From an uncultured Planctomycetaceae bacterium (GTDB taxonomy: Bacteria; Planctomycetota; Phycisphaerae; Sedimentisphaerales; UBA12454): a stretch of 64,000 bases of DNA. The stretch lies in the NCBI GenBank assembly GCA_964619675.1, contig CAZUEO010000003.1, forward strand, positions 56,186 to 120,185, read 5' to 3'. The notes under the pieces are model-generated. The model ran no database searches and had not been told where the DNA came from. It was given only the letters and a program-made list of their open reading frames with translations. The translations under genes were made by a program, and so were the position numbers. Positions 8,267 to 18,875 of this stretch are shown in pieces (the first letter of the stretch is position 1; each line of letters starts with the position of its first letter).

Positions 8267-8349
8267 AGTTGACAGCTTCGTCCCAATCCGCCGTTGCCCA
8301 GGGCTATGGCGAGACAAGGTGGCGGGGGCTAAATGGATTTTTTTAAGGA

Positions 8350-8811
8350 GTGAATAATTTGGAAACCGTAACGCAAAGGTTGTATGAGGCGCTGTTTCTT
8401 GTAGATTCTGCAGAGGCGGCCGGCGACTGGGACGGAATAAACGAACACATAAAAAAAGTCTTCGATCGCAACGACGGTAAGGTGGTCAGTATTCGTAAAT
8501 GGGATGAACGGCAGCTTGCGTATTCGATTATGGGCAGAAACAGAGGCACATATATTCTTGTTTACTTTAACAGCCTTTCAGACAAAATCGCTTCTATCGA
8601 AAGGGACTGTCAGCTTTCGGAAAGAATTATGCGGGTGCTCATCCTGCGGGCAGACCATATGGCCAAGGAAGATGTAGAAAAGGAAGCGTCTGCGACGGCG
8701 GTAGAAAGACAGGCTCACAAGCCGGCCGATTCGCACCAGAACGCTGCTGTTGATAATAAAGAAAAAGCTGCCGACAAAAACAACGATATCGATGAGCAGG
8801 TAGTATTATAG
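8350..8811 (+). CDS. rpsF: 30S ribosomal protein S6 (with C-terminal extension)
   Basis: YEALFLVDS and WDERQLAYSI are S6 signatures. TTG 8359 may be the real start, since AAGGAG lies at 8345-8350. The gene sits in the order rpsF-ssb-rpsR-rplI. Confidence 0.85.
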   Translation: MNNLETVTQRLYEALFLVDSAEAAGDWDGINEHIKKVFDRNDGKVVSIRKWDERQLAYSIMGRNRGTYILVYFNSLSDKIASIERDCQLSERIMRVLILRADHMAKEDVEKEASATAVERQAHKPADSHQNAAVDNKEKAADKNNDIDEQVVL

Positions 8812-8837
8812 CTTAAAGGATAATGAGAGGGACAAAT

Positions 8838-9281
8838 ATGGCGAATTTCAACAAAGTTATTTTGATGGGAAACCTGACGAGAGACCCACAGCTGTCTTAT
8901 CTGCCCAGCCAAACGGCTGTAGTGGATTTCGGCATGGCAACTAATCGGCAGTGGAAAAGTCAGGACGGCCAAATGAAACAGGACACGTGTTTTGTTGATT
9001 GTCGGGCGTTCGGCAAGCTGGCTGAAACAATAAATAAATACTGCAAAAAAGGAAAGCCTTTGCTTGTTGAAGGCAGATTGACTTTAGACCAATGGACAGC
9101 ACAAGACGGACAGAAACGAAGTAAGCATAGAGTTACAGTTGAATCTTTCCAGTTCCTGCCTATCGGCAGCGGCGGGGGCGGGCAAAACGGAGCAGCAGGC
9201 GGTGAAACCCGCACTGCTCCTGAAGACAGCGCCCCTGCAGATGAAGACCAGACCGGCAGCAAAGACGATATCCCGTTTTGA
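8838..9281 (+). CDS. ssb: Single-stranded DNA-binding protein
   Basis: The OB-fold N-terminus NKVILMGNLTRDPQL, a glycine-rich linker and the acidic tip DDIPF are present. Confidence 0.9.
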   Translation: MANFNKVILMGNLTRDPQLSYLPSQTAVVDFGMATNRQWKSQDGQMKQDTCFVDCRAFGKLAETINKYCKKGKPLLVEGRLTLDQWTAQDGQKRSKHRVTVESFQFLPIGSGGGGQNGAAGGETRTAPEDSAPADEDQTGSKDDIPF

Positions 9282-9317
9282 GTTAAAGGAAAATGCAAAA
9301 AAATATAAATTTAGGAG

Positions 9318-9599
9318 ATGCTTTCAGTGAGATATCAGGGTTTTAAGAAAAAGACAGACATAACCAGAAAAAGGAGGAGGCGCAGAGAAAATATCAGAGA
9401 GCAGAATCAATGCAGGTTCTGCCGGTCGAAGATAGAATACATTGATTACAAGAACCTTGAGGTGTTAAGCAAATTGCTTACTCACCGGGGCAAGATTTTC
9501 TCGCGGAAGCGCAGCGGCAACTGTGCAGGCTGTCAGCGAAAAGTCAGACTGGCCATAAAACGTGCGCGTTTTATGGGATTGCTGCCGTTTACAAGTTAA
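9318..9599 (+). CDS. rpsR: 30S ribosomal protein S18
   Basis: CRFCRSKIEYIDYKNLEVLSKLLTHRGKI...RLAIKRARFMGLLPF matches S18. GTG 9327 is an alternative start. Confidence 0.9.
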   Translation: MLSVRYQGFKKKTDITRKRRRRRENIREQNQCRFCRSKIEYIDYKNLEVLSKLLTHRGKIFSRKRSGNCAGCQRKVRLAIKRARFMGLLPFTS

Positions 9600-9675
9600 T
9601 TAAATGAAAAAGTGAACAGTTTACAGTTGACAATAAGCTGTCGGCTGTAGCAGATTTTATTGGAGACAGTTGAAT

Positions 9676-10173
9676 ATGAAGGTTTTACTGTGCGAAGATG
9701 TTGAAAAACTCGGCTGGTACGGCGATATAGTTGAGGTCAGCGAAGGTTACGCAAGAAATTATCTGCTGCCGCAGAGAGTAGCGACGATGCCGACCGAGCA
9801 GAAAATAAAGGCAATGGCCGAGGAAAAGTCCAAAAGAACCAAGCATAGAAGGCTGGAAGAAGAAGAACTGCAAAAGGCGGCGCAGGCCGTCGAGGGCGCT
9901 GAGGCCGTTATTGCGGCAAAGGCCAACGAGCAGGGACATCTGTTCGGCTCCGTTACGGAAAGCCAGATTGCCGAAAACCTGCGCCAGCAGGGATACGAAG
10001 TCGCTGACAAATTTGTGCAGCTTGATGAGCATATCAAACAGGTCGGTCAATATACGGTTAAGGTTAATTTTATAGGGGATGTAACGGCCAGGGTGAAAGT
10101 TACAGTAGTGGCAGAAGGACAAGGACAGGTCGCACAAACAGATGGCCCGGAAGGACAAACAAACGCAGAATAA
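9676..10173 (+). CDS. rplI: 50S ribosomal protein L9
   Basis: MKVLLCEDVEKLGWYGDIVEVSEGYARNYLLPQ matches L9. Confidence 0.9.
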   Translation: MKVLLCEDVEKLGWYGDIVEVSEGYARNYLLPQRVATMPTEQKIKAMAEEKSKRTKHRRLEEEELQKAAQAVEGAEAVIAAKANEQGHLFGSVTESQIAENLRQQGYEVADKFVQLDEHIKQVGQYTVKVNFIGDVTARVKVTVVAEGQGQVAQTDGPEGQTNAE

Positions 10174-11533
10174 CAAGGCCCAGACCGCCATTGCGGGCAG
10201 GACTATGCCGGAATCGCTCGAGGCTGAAGCAGCGATGCTCGGGTCAATGATGCTCGACCCTGAATGTATAGGAGATGTTGTTCAAAAAATCAGGGCCGAG
10301 GCATTTTACCGTCTTGAGCACCAGATGATGTTTGACGCGATTATCGCGCTGTGGGAAAGAAACGGCGATGATTTTGACCTCGTAATGCTGCGGGACGAGC
10401 TGAAAAAACGCAACCAGCTCGATGAAGTCGGCGGGCCTGAGTACCTTGCCAAAATCGCCGAGTCGGTGCCGTCCAGCGCAAACGTCGGGCATTACGTTAA
10501 AATCGTGAAAGAAAAGCAGATGCTCAGGGAGCTTATCGCCGCCGCCAGCGAGGTTATGACAGATGCCTTCGAGACGGCAGGCGACGTTGGCGACAAGCTC
10601 GACAGGGCAGAGCAGAAGATATTCAACGTAACGCAGAAAAAGATTACAGGCACCGCTGTGGCAATCAAGGATTTGCTGGTGCAGGCGTTCGAAAGTATAG
10701 AGAAGCGCGAGGGGCATCACGTTACCGGTCTTGCGACGGGTTTCCGTGAGCTTGACGAGCTGACCTGCGGGCTGCAGAACGGTGAAATGATTATTATTGC
10801 AGGCAGGCCGAGTATGGGCAAAACGAGTTTAGCTATGAATATCGTCGAACATATCGGAGCGGATAACGATATACCTGTCGCGATATTCTCTCTTGAAATG
10901 AGCAGGCAGCAGCTTGTCGAACGTATGCTGTGCAGCAGGGCGGCGGTGGATTCCCAGGTCGTCAGGAAGGGATTTCTCAGCGACGAGCAATTTGGTGCGC
11001 TTAAAGAAGCTGCCGACGATATGAATAACAGACCCATATACGTCGATGACATGCCTGGGATTACGCCGCTGGAAGTGCGCGGCAAGGCGAGAAGACTGCG
11101 GGCACAGCACGGCATAAGATGTATAATAGTCGATTACCTGCAGCTTATGAGTCTCGGCACAAGAGTAGAGTCCCGCCAGCAGGAGGTAAGCGAGATGAGC
11201 AGGTATTTAAAGGCGCTGGCCCGGGAGCTTGAGATACCGGTTGTGGTTTTAAGCCAGCTTAACCGGGCACCTGAAGGAAGAGAAGACCACAGGCCGAGAA
11301 TGAGCGATTTGCGCGAGAGCGGCAGTATCGAGCAGGATGCCGATGTTGTGATGCTGCTGCATCGCGAGGATTATTACAGGCGGGAAGATGAAAGCGGCCA
11401 AAGCAGCCAGGATAATGTTGCGGAAGTGATAATTGCCAAGCAGCGTAACGGCCCGACAGGAACGGTAAAACTGAGCTTTAACAGCCAGTTTACAAGGTTT
11501 AATACCCTGGCGAGAGTGCAGGAGCCGTTCTGA
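10142..11533 (+). CDS. dnaB: Replicative DNA helicase DnaB
   Basis: SLEAEAAMLGSMM, Walker A GRPSMGKTS, SLEMS and QRNGPTG are present. No intein is seen. Confidence 0.95.
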   Translation: MARKDKQTQNNKAQTAIAGRTMPESLEAEAAMLGSMMLDPECIGDVVQKIRAEAFYRLEHQMMFDAIIALWERNGDDFDLVMLRDELKKRNQLDEVGGPEYLAKIAESVPSSANVGHYVKIVKEKQMLRELIAAASEVMTDAFETAGDVGDKLDRAEQKIFNVTQKKITGTAVAIKDLLVQAFESIEKREGHHVTGLATGFRELDELTCGLQNGEMIIIAGRPSMGKTSLAMNIVEHIGADNDIPVAIFSLEMSRQQLVERMLCSRAAVDSQVVRKGFLSDEQFGALKEAADDMNNRPIYVDDMPGITPLEVRGKARRLRAQHGIRCIIVDYLQLMSLGTRVESRQQEVSEMSRYLKALARELEIPVVVLSQLNRAPEGREDHRPRMSDLRESGSIEQDADVVMLLHREDYYRREDESGQSSQDNVAEVIIAKQRNGPTGTVKLSFNSQFTRFNTLARVQEPF

Positions 11534-11597
11534 GATGACCGGTATTATTTGTTACCTGTGGCAGAGCTAAAAGGATTTTGTGAGAAAGGGATTTTTT

Positions 11598-13994
11598 ATG
11601 CGGATTTTCAACCGCGGTTTTGGACAGGAAAAGCTGCTGCTGATTTCAGTTTTTTTATTTGTGCCGCCTTTTATTTTTTATTGTTTTGCGGATACCAGCG
11701 GTGTCAACGCAGCGGACATCAGCGCAGCCGATGTTAACACGACGGATGTCGGCAAAGCAGAAGCAGCAGCAGAAGAAATGATGATAGACAGCGTTGAGAC
11801 AGCAGGCAATGTTTACATCAGCAGCCAGAAAATACTTTCAGCGGCAAGGAGCAGGGCAGGGCAGATGTTCAACGCAACGACGGCACAGGAGGATGTCGGC
11901 AGAATTGCCGCCCTTAAAGGCGTCGAATTTGCCTATTACAGCATCGAACCTGTCGATGGAAAAGCGAAACTGATTTTTGTAGTGAAGGAAAAAAGCGTCG
12001 TCAGGTGGGTAGCCTTCAGCGGATATAAAAAATACAGCGATAAAAAGCTGATTGAGCAGCTTGGTTTCAGAAGAGGCGATTTTCTTGACAGATTTACCGC
12101 AAAAGCAGGGGCTGAAAGGCTCACTGAATATTATCAGAAAACGGGGTATCCTTTTGCAAGGGTCGTTTTTGACGATTCCGGTCTTGAGCAGGGCAAGCTG
12201 CATTATGTGATTGACTGCGGACAGAGAATCAAAATCAGAAAAATTAAATTCGAAGGGAATGCCTCGATAAAAACCAAAGAGCTTAAAAAAGCCGTCAAGA
12301 GCAAGCCGAGAAATTTCGGCATTTTCCAGAACTTTTTCAAGCAGGAAACGCTCGATGACGATTTGGTTAAACTGCAAAAGGCTTATGACAGAAGAGGGTA
12401 TCTGGATACTAAAGTAACCGCCCAGACGCGGTTCGGCAAAGATAATAAAAATGTCGAGCTTGTTTATGCCATCGAAGAAGGCAGGCAATATGACGTTGAG
12501 AAGATAGAGCTTGTGGGAAATGAATTTTTCAGCGATGCGAATCTGACCGGCGGCTTCAGGCTCAAAGAGGGTCAGTTTTACAGCGATGAAAAAGCCGAAT
12601 ACGACAGAGATGAAATACTCAAGGCCTACAGAGAGGCAGGATTTATATATGTTGATGTCGAGCAGGTCAGACGATTTACGCCTGACAGCAAGATAATAGC
12701 CGAGTTTGATATAACCGAAGGCGAGCGATTCCATATAGGAAAAGTCAATATTTCCGGAAATATGACCACACAGGACAAGGTTGTAAGACGCGTGCTGGAT
12801 GAGGAGGAGTTTAAGCCCGGCGAGTGGTATAACGCCCATATCGCGAGGGGAGACGGCGAAGGTGAGCTTGAAAAAGATATAAAAGCCAACGTTTATACCG
12901 AGACGGCAACTATTACGCCTGTGGGCGACAAGCCCGGCCAAAAAGACGCTGAGGTCAGGATTACCGAAGGTAAAACCGGCTCAATACTTTTTGGTGCGGG
13001 AGTTAGCAGCGACAGCGGCTTGATTGGGCAGGTTGTATATGAGCAGAGAAATTTTGATATTAAAAAATGGCCGAAAGACTGGCGAAAATTCTTTTCGAAG
13101 GACGCCTTTAAGGGCGCAGGACAGCGATTCAGGGTCTCGGCTGAACCTGGCACAGAAGTGAGCAGATATTCCATTAGCTTTACCGAGCCTTATCTTAAGG
13201 ACAAGCCCATATCGATGACTCTTGCAGCGTCGAACTGGGAGCGGGGCAGGGAAAGTTACGATGAGCAGAGACAAAAAGGATACCTTGGTTTTGTACGCAG
13301 AAAGAAAGAAGGCAGGTATAGAACGCTGGCCTTTCGGCTCGAAAACGTAATCGTAAAAGATGTTGAAAGCAGTGCTGCCAAAGAAATAACCGACGTAAAG
13401 GGAGATAACTTTCTGGCCGGCATCAGAATCGGTTTCGGCAGAGATACGACAGACAGCCGTTTTACGCCTACCAAAGGCAAAAACTATGAGCTGAGCTACG
13501 AGCAGGTGGCGGGCGACCATACTTTCGGCATTCTCGATGGGACATACCGATGGTACAAAACGCTGCACGAGGATATTGCCAGACGAAAGACCGTGCTGGA
13601 GACGAAGTTACGTATGGCGACCGTCATAGGCGATGCGCCGGTGTTTGAGAAATTTTACGCGGGCGGAATCGGGAGCATAAGAGGCTTTGAATATCGCGGC
13701 ATAAGCCCGCGTTCTGGTCCGGACGACGACCCTATAGGCAGCAAATGGCTGGTAACTGCAAGCGGGGAAGTTGTCGTACCGCTGACCAGCAAGGCACTGT
13801 CGGCGCTTTTCTTTATCGATACCGCTATGATAGAGACCGGCGGCATCAGGGCTTCCGGTGGTGTAGGTGTCCAGATTCTGATACCTCGGTGGTTTGGGCC
13901 GGTGCCTATGAGATTTGAAATTGCCGCGCCGTTTCTCAAGAGCGACGACGATGAGACACAGGTTTTCAGTTTCTCTGTCGGCAGTTTGTTTTAA
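11598..13994 (+). CDS. bamA: Outer membrane protein assembly factor BamA (Omp85 family)
   Basis: It has a signal peptide, repeated POTRA-like units (I..I.F.GN...), and a C-terminal beta-barrel ending in ...FSFSVGSLF. skp and lpxD follow it. Confidence 0.85.
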   Translation: MRIFNRGFGQEKLLLISVFLFVPPFIFYCFADTSGVNAADISAADVNTTDVGKAEAAAEEMMIDSVETAGNVYISSQKILSAARSRAGQMFNATTAQEDVGRIAALKGVEFAYYSIEPVDGKAKLIFVVKEKSVVRWVAFSGYKKYSDKKLIEQLGFRRGDFLDRFTAKAGAERLTEYYQKTGYPFARVVFDDSGLEQGKLHYVIDCGQRIKIRKIKFEGNASIKTKELKKAVKSKPRNFGIFQNFFKQETLDDDLVKLQKAYDRRGYLDTKVTAQTRFGKDNKNVELVYAIEEGRQYDVEKIELVGNEFFSDANLTGGFRLKEGQFYSDEKAEYDRDEILKAYREAGFIYVDVEQVRRFTPDSKIIAEFDITEGERFHIGKVNISGNMTTQDKVVRRVLDEEEFKPGEWYNAHIARGDGEGELEKDIKANVYTETATITPVGDKPGQKDAEVRITEGKTGSILFGAGVSSDSGLIGQVVYEQRNFDIKKWPKDWRKFFSKDAFKGAGQRFRVSAEPGTEVSRYSISFTEPYLKDKPISMTLAASNWERGRESYDEQRQKGYLGFVRRKKEGRYRTLAFRLENVIVKDVESSAAKEITDVKGDNFLAGIRIGFGRDTTDSRFTPTKGKNYELSYEQVAGDHTFGILDGTYRWYKTLHEDIARRKTVLETKLRMATVIGDAPVFEKFYAGGIGSIRGFEYRGISPRSGPDDDPIGSKWLVTASGEVVVPLTSKALSALFFIDTAMIETGGIRASGGVGVQILIPRWFGPVPMRFEIAAPFLKSDDDETQVFSFSVGSLF

Positions 13995-14023
13995 ACAAAA
14001 GACTCTCAAAGAAAGGAACAATT

Positions 14024-14638
14024 ATGAAGGCAAGAAATTTTATCGCTGTAATAGTTATAGCGGCCCTGAGTTTGTCGATTATCGGATTGGAATATTCTTT
14101 TGCCGCCAGGGGAAAATCGTCGGCATCCGTGAAAATCGGCATTGTGAGCATCAGGAAGGTTTTTGAAAGCTGTGCAATGAAAACCGAGGTGGAGAAAACA
14201 CTGGTTGCCGAGGGTGAAAAGAGATTTACCGAGCTGAAAAATCTCGAAGAAAGTGTAGAAGCCGATAAGGTGGCGCTCAGCAAACGCAAAGAAGGCAGCG
14301 ATGATTATATGGAAATGCTCAAGGCGGTGATGCTGAAGCAGTCGCAGCTTAATGCGCAGAAAGAGTTTTTCCAGCAGGAGCTTGCCGTAAAAGAAATGCG
14401 CGGAAAGGAAAAAATATATCGCAAAATTCTTGAGGTTATTGAATCTGTTGCGAAGGATAAAAAGCTGGATATGGTTATAAGCAGAGACGATAACTATCTC
14501 AGCAGGCCGGATTCAGGACCACCTGCTCAAAATCCCTCCGACCTTATCCTGACAACGAAGACTCACAAACTGCTTTATTTTAATCCGGATTTGGATATTA
14601 CAGCCGATGTGGTCGCTGCAATGAGTAAAAGTAAATAG
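14024..14638 (+). CDS. skp: OmpH/Skp-family periplasmic chaperone
   Basis: It has a signal peptide and a coiled-coil, lysine/glutamate-rich body, and sits in the conserved bamA-skp-lpxD position. Confidence 0.7.
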   Translation: MKARNFIAVIVIAALSLSIIGLEYSFAARGKSSASVKIGIVSIRKVFESCAMKTEVEKTLVAEGEKRFTELKNLEESVEADKVALSKRKEGSDDYMEMLKAVMLKQSQLNAQKEFFQQELAVKEMRGKEKIYRKILEVIESVAKDKKLDMVISRDDNYLSRPDSGPPAQNPSDLILTTKTHKLLYFNPDLDITADVVAAMSKSK

Positions 14639-14660
14639 TAACGGATTTTTATCACAGGAA

Positions 14661-15713
14661 ATGGCTGAAGATATACGTAAAAAATTTACTGTAGCTCAGC
14701 TTGCCGAGATAGCGGCCGCTGAGCTTGTCGGCAGCGGAGAGGCACAGGTCTGCCAGGCAGCGCCGTTCGAATCGGCGGGGCCGGACTGCATAACCTTTGC
14801 CGCGGACGAAAAACTTCTCGAAAACATTGCAGGCTGCAAAGCCGCTGCGATAGTCGTAAATAAAAAGGTTGATTCAGTCGTGCCGCTGCTTGTTGTCGAT
14901 AATGTCGAGCGGGCGCTGATTAAAATACTGAGCCAGTTTATGCCGCAGCTTGACAAGCCGCAGGCCGGTATTCATAAAAGCGTTGTTGTGGATGAGGGCG
15001 TCTCGATAGACAGAACTGCATCGATAGGCCCTCTTGTTTATATTAAAAAGGGCGCTAAAATCGGCCCGCAAACGGTTGTCGGGGCGGGCTGTAAAATCGG
15101 TGAAAATTCAGTGATAGGTTCAGACTGCCTGCTTGAAGATAATGTCGTGGTTTATCATAACTGCACTATTGGAAATAGCTGCATAATCGGGGCAAACACC
15201 ACAATCGGCGCGACGGGATTCGGATATTATTTTATCGACGGCAGGCATCAGTTGATACCGCATACGGGTGGAGTCATTATTGAAGATTGTGTCGAAATTG
15301 GTGCAAACAGCTGCATCGACAGGGCAAAATTCGGAAACACCGTAATCGGTGCGGGAACGAAGATAGATAATCTTGTTCAGATTGCTCATAACGTTATAAT
15401 TGGCAAGTGTTGTCTGATTGTTTCTCAGGCAGGTATTTCCGGCAGCAGCAGGATTGGCAACGGCGTAGTCCTTGCCGGGCAGGTCGGAGTGAAAGACCAT
15501 ATAACAATTGGCCACGGCGCTCAGATAGGCGCACAGGCAGGTGTGATGAATGATATCGAACTGAATAAACAGGTTGTCGGTTCGCCGGCTATAGATGTCA
15601 GGGAAAAATTTAGACAGATTCATTTCACGCAGAAGCTGCCGAAAATGAGCAAACAGTTGAAAGAGCTAATAAAAAGGGTCGAAGAACTTGAAGCCGCAAA
15701 GGACAATAGCTGA
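14661..15713 (+). CDS. lpxD: UDP-3-O-acylglucosamine N-acyltransferase
   Basis: Long hexapeptide-repeat beta-helix, LpxD N-terminal domain, and lipid A cluster context. Confidence 0.9.
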   Translation: MAEDIRKKFTVAQLAEIAAAELVGSGEAQVCQAAPFESAGPDCITFAADEKLLENIAGCKAAAIVVNKKVDSVVPLLVVDNVERALIKILSQFMPQLDKPQAGIHKSVVVDEGVSIDRTASIGPLVYIKKGAKIGPQTVVGAGCKIGENSVIGSDCLLEDNVVVYHNCTIGNSCIIGANTTIGATGFGYYFIDGRHQLIPHTGGVIIEDCVEIGANSCIDRAKFGNTVIGAGTKIDNLVQIAHNVIIGKCCLIVSQAGISGSSRIGNGVVLAGQVGVKDHITIGHGAQIGAQAGVMNDIELNKQVVGSPAIDVREKFRQIHFTQKLPKMSKQLKELIKRVEELEAAKDNS

Positions 15714-16998
15714 CGAAGCGAAACTTGCCGGCAGAGGTATGTTCAGCGGCGCGCAGTCGCAGGTAAGATTTGCTCCTGCCGATGTCGATACCGGCGTTGT
15801 TTTTGTCAGGACGGATCTTGACGAGCCGCTGCACATAGAAGCAAATATCCGCAATATTGCCGGGCGCAGCCGCAGAACCGCCTTGAAGAAAGGACAGATT
15901 TCCATCGAGACAATCGAGCACTGTATGGCTGCCGTAAACGCACTGGAGATAGACAATATTTTTATCGAGGTTGACGCGCCTGAGATGCCGGGCTTCGACG
16001 GCGGCAGCGGCGAATATTTCAGGGCATTGAAAGAATGCGGTTTTGTGGAACAGGCAAGGCCGAGGAAGGAATTTGCCATCGCCGAAGCGGTCAGCCTCAA
16101 TGAGGCAGGGGCCTCGATTTATGCCCTGCCGTGCGAGAGCAATACCCTTGAGATTACATATGATATGGATTATACGAAGCATACCGGCATCGGCAGACAG
16201 TTGCTGACCTGTACGCTGACTACCGAATATTTTGAAACAAATCTCGCCCCTGCACGAACGTTTCTGCTCGAGGCCGAGGCGAAACAGTTTCAATCTCACG
16301 GTATCGGTACGCATTTGAGCCCGCGCGATATTCTGGTTATTAGTTCGGACGGCCCTATTAAAAACAGTTTCCGTTTCCCGGATGAGTGTGTCAGGCATAA
16401 AATTGTCGATTTAATCGGCGATATTGCTCTTGTCGGCAGAAGAATAACCGGCAGGATAGTAGCCTACAAAAGCGGTCATAATCTAAATCAGCAGCTTGCC
16501 GCAAAGCTGTTTGAGCAGGCCCAGCAGTATGACAGGATAGCAAAAGTCGGCACCGATGCGCTGCTCGACATCCGCAGAATTCAGAAAATTCTACCGCATC
16601 GCTACCCGTTTTTGCTGGTGGACAAGGTCATTGAAATTGACGGCGACAGATTTATCAGAGGCGTCAAAAACGTTACGTTTAACGAAGTATTTTTCCAGGG
16701 CCATTTTCCGGGAACGCCTATAATGCCGGGCGTGCTCGTTCTCGAAGCGATGGCGCAGGTCTGCGGCCTGCTTTTTGCCCAGAAGCTTGAGCATACAGGC
16801 AAGCTTGCTCTGATGCTGGGAATGGACGACGTGAAGCTGAGAAAAAGCGTTGTGCCCGGCGACCAGTTGATTCTTACAGCCGAGGCTGTCAAAGTCCGCA
16901 GCAAAATCGCTGTGTGCAAATGCGAAGCGATTGTCGCGGCGGCAAAAGTGGCAGAGGCTGAAATAAAGTTTATGCTTGTTGACGAAGAAGCAGTTTAG
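15688..16998 (+). CDS. lpxC: Fused UDP-3-O-acyl-GlcNAc deacetylase / 3-hydroxyacyl-ACP dehydratase
   Basis: The N-terminal LpxC region has QRTI...GRGMFSG and HKIVDLIGD. The C-terminal FabZ region has [11 protein letters not shown] and [16 protein letters not shown]. The start is TTG and overlaps lpxD. Confidence 0.9.
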   Translation: MKPQRTIADEAKLAGRGMFSGAQSQVRFAPADVDTGVVFVRTDLDEPLHIEANIRNIAGRSRRTALKKGQISIETIEHCMAAVNALEIDNIFIEVDAPEMPGFDGGSGEYFRALKECGFVEQARPRKEFAIAEAVSLNEAGASIYALPCESNTLEITYDMDYTKHTGIGRQLLTCTLTTEYFETNLAPARTFLLEAEAKQFQSHGIGTHLSPRDILVISSDGPIKNSFRFPDECVRHKIVDLIGDIALVGRRITGRIVAYKSGHNLNQQLAAKLFEQAQQYDRIAKVGTDALLDIRRIQKILPHRYPFLLVDKVIEIDGDRFIRGVKNVTFNEVFFQGHFPGTPIMPGVLVLEAMAQVCGLLFAQKLEHTGKLALMLGMDDVKLRKSVVPGDQLILTAEAVKVRSKIAVCKCEAIVAAAKVAEAEIKFMLVDEEAV

Positions 16999-17037
16999 AT
17001 TGAAGATTGAATACAGGTTTTTTCAGGAATAGAAGTA

Positions 17038-17853
17038 ATGAGCAAGATACATCCGACAGCGGTAATTGAATCGAGCGCCCGGCTTGGCAAAGATGTTACA
17101 GTTGGCCCGCATTGTTACATTGACGCAGGCGCAGAAGTAGACGACGGCTGCATCTTTGACGCCAACGTCGTAATCGGCAAAAATGTAAAAATCGGCAAAA
17201 ACAATGTTTTTTATCCCGGCGTCGCCATCGGCAGAAATCCACAGATGCTCGGGGCAAAGCCTGACGGTAATTTCGGCTCGCTTGAAATCGGAGATGATAA
17301 TCTTATCAGGGAATTTGTAACCATACATCCGAGCATATACCCGGACGGCGCAACAAGAATAGGCAATAATAATTTGATTATGGTAGGCGTGCATATAGGT
17401 CACGATTGTATGGTTGAGGACAAAACAGTTATCAGCAATGGCACACAGATAAGCGGGCACTGCAAAATCGAAACGGGCGTCTGGCTCAGCGGGGCGGTGC
17501 TGATTCATCAGTTTATAACCGTCGGAAAATGGAGTTATGCGACTGGTATGGCAGGCCTCAATCACGATGTTCCGCCGTTTGTCATTGTCAGCGGCCATTA
17601 TCCGCCTGAAATCAGAACGGTAAACGAAAGAGGGTTAACACGGGCTGGTTTCAGCGATCAGCAGCAGCAGGTAATTATGGATGCCTTTAAATTCCTGTTT
17701 AAACAGGAAACACCGCTCCTGGAAAACGCCAAAGCTCTTGTTGCTCAGGGCGGACTTGATGAAAACGTAAAGGCTATGGTTGATTCAATTATCAACAGCA
17801 GCAAGCACAGATTTGGCAGATACCTTGAGTCGCTCAGAAGAAAAGAACATTGA
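17038..17853 (+). CDS. lpxA: Acyl-ACP--UDP-N-acetylglucosamine O-acyltransferase
   Basis: IHPTAVIESSARLG, hexapeptide repeats and the C-terminal helical LpxA domain are present. Confidence 0.9.
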   Translation: MSKIHPTAVIESSARLGKDVTVGPHCYIDAGAEVDDGCIFDANVVIGKNVKIGKNNVFYPGVAIGRNPQMLGAKPDGNFGSLEIGDDNLIREFVTIHPSIYPDGATRIGNNNLIMVGVHIGHDCMVEDKTVISNGTQISGHCKIETGVWLSGAVLIHQFITVGKWSYATGMAGLNHDVPPFVIVSGHYPPEIRTVNERGLTRAGFSDQQQQVIMDAFKFLFKQETPLLENAKALVAQGGLDENVKAMVDSIINSSKHRFGRYLESLRRKEH

Positions 17854-17864
17854 CGGGAATACCT

Positions 17865-18869
17865 ATGGGTAAAATCAGAACGGCTGTTGTTGGAGCGGGA
17901 AAAATGGGGCGGATTCATGCAAAAGTCCTCAGCAAACTGCCTCAAAGCAGCCTTGCCGGTATTGTTGATGTTCAGCCCGACAAGGCAAAAAAACTTGCAA
18001 AGGAATACAAATGCACGGCTTTCACCGATGCAAAAGAGCTTTTAGGCAAGGTTGACGCCGTAACCATTGCCGCGCCGACGAAAAGCCATCTTGAACTTGC
18101 GGAACTTTTCATAAGCAGCCATATCCCTGTCCTTATTGAAAAACCTCTTGCCGCAAGTGCAGCCGAGGGCCAAATTATTGTCGCGCTTGCCGAAAAGAAC
18201 AATACCATTGTTGCGGTAGGACATTCCGAAAGATGTAACCCTGTTGTGCAGGCGATGAAAAGGCTCAAAATCGAGCCGAAATTTATCGAAGCGGTCAGAA
18301 TCAGTCCTTATCCGTTTCGCTCAACCGATATCGGTGTTGTCCTTGACGTGATGATACACGATATTGATATAATTCTCGCTCTTGCTCAAAGCATGGCGAA
18401 AAAGGTAGAAGCTGTCGGCGTAAATGTCATCGGCGATTACGAGGACATCTGCAACGCGAGGATTGTTTTTGAAAACGGCTGTATTGCAAATGTTACCGCA
18501 TCGAGACTTGCCCTTAAAACGACAAGAAAAATTCGCGTTTTCAGCAGGCAGGCATATCTGAGTCTTGATTTTCTCAAGAAAGAAGGCATTGTAATCAAGA
18601 CAGACCCTAACATTGATGCAGTCAAATGGGTAAAGCAGAAACAGAACGAGGGAAATTTTGATTTTGCGGGTGTGAACTGGCCCGACCTGCTGCATATCGA
18701 GCAGCTCGATATTGATGGCAGGGAGCCTTTGCGTGTCGAGCAGGAGGCATTTTTAAATGCCGTTGCCGATGGAAAAAGCCGGCCTGAGGTAACCGCTGCA
18801 GAAGGTTTAGCTGCCCTTGAATGCGCCGAGGAGATTTTAAAATCCGTTAAACAGCACAAATGGGAATAA
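17865..18869 (+). CDS. Gfo/Idh/MocA-family NAD(P)-dependent oxidoreductase (GnnA-like position)
   Basis: It has the Rossmann motif RTAVVGAGKMGRIH and EKPLA, and lies immediately downstream of lpxA, overlapping its stop. Confidence 0.75.
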   Translation: MGKIRTAVVGAGKMGRIHAKVLSKLPQSSLAGIVDVQPDKAKKLAKEYKCTAFTDAKELLGKVDAVTIAAPTKSHLELAELFISSHIPVLIEKPLAASAAEGQIIVALAEKNNTIVAVGHSERCNPVVQAMKRLKIEPKFIEAVRISPYPFRSTDIGVVLDVMIHDIDIILALAQSMAKKVEAVGVNVIGDYEDICNARIVFENGCIANVTASRLALKTTRKIRVFSRQAYLSLDFLKKEGIVIKTDPNIDAVKWVKQKQNEGNFDFAGVNWPDLLHIEQLDIDGREPLRVEQEAFLNAVADGKSRPEVTAAEGLAALECAEEILKSVKQHKWE

Positions 18870-18875
18870 AGAAAT

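Noticed and set aside
11838-12941. 367-aa minus-strand ORF
   Set aside because: It lies fully inside bamA on the opposite strand. bamA is supported by POTRA/Omp85 features and synteny.
15625-16398. 257-aa minus-strand ORF (similar cases at 9685-10191 and 49198-49914)
   Set aside because: These are antisense to lpxC-fabZ, rplI and pdxA/rsmA respectively. All three are shadow frames of well-supported genes.
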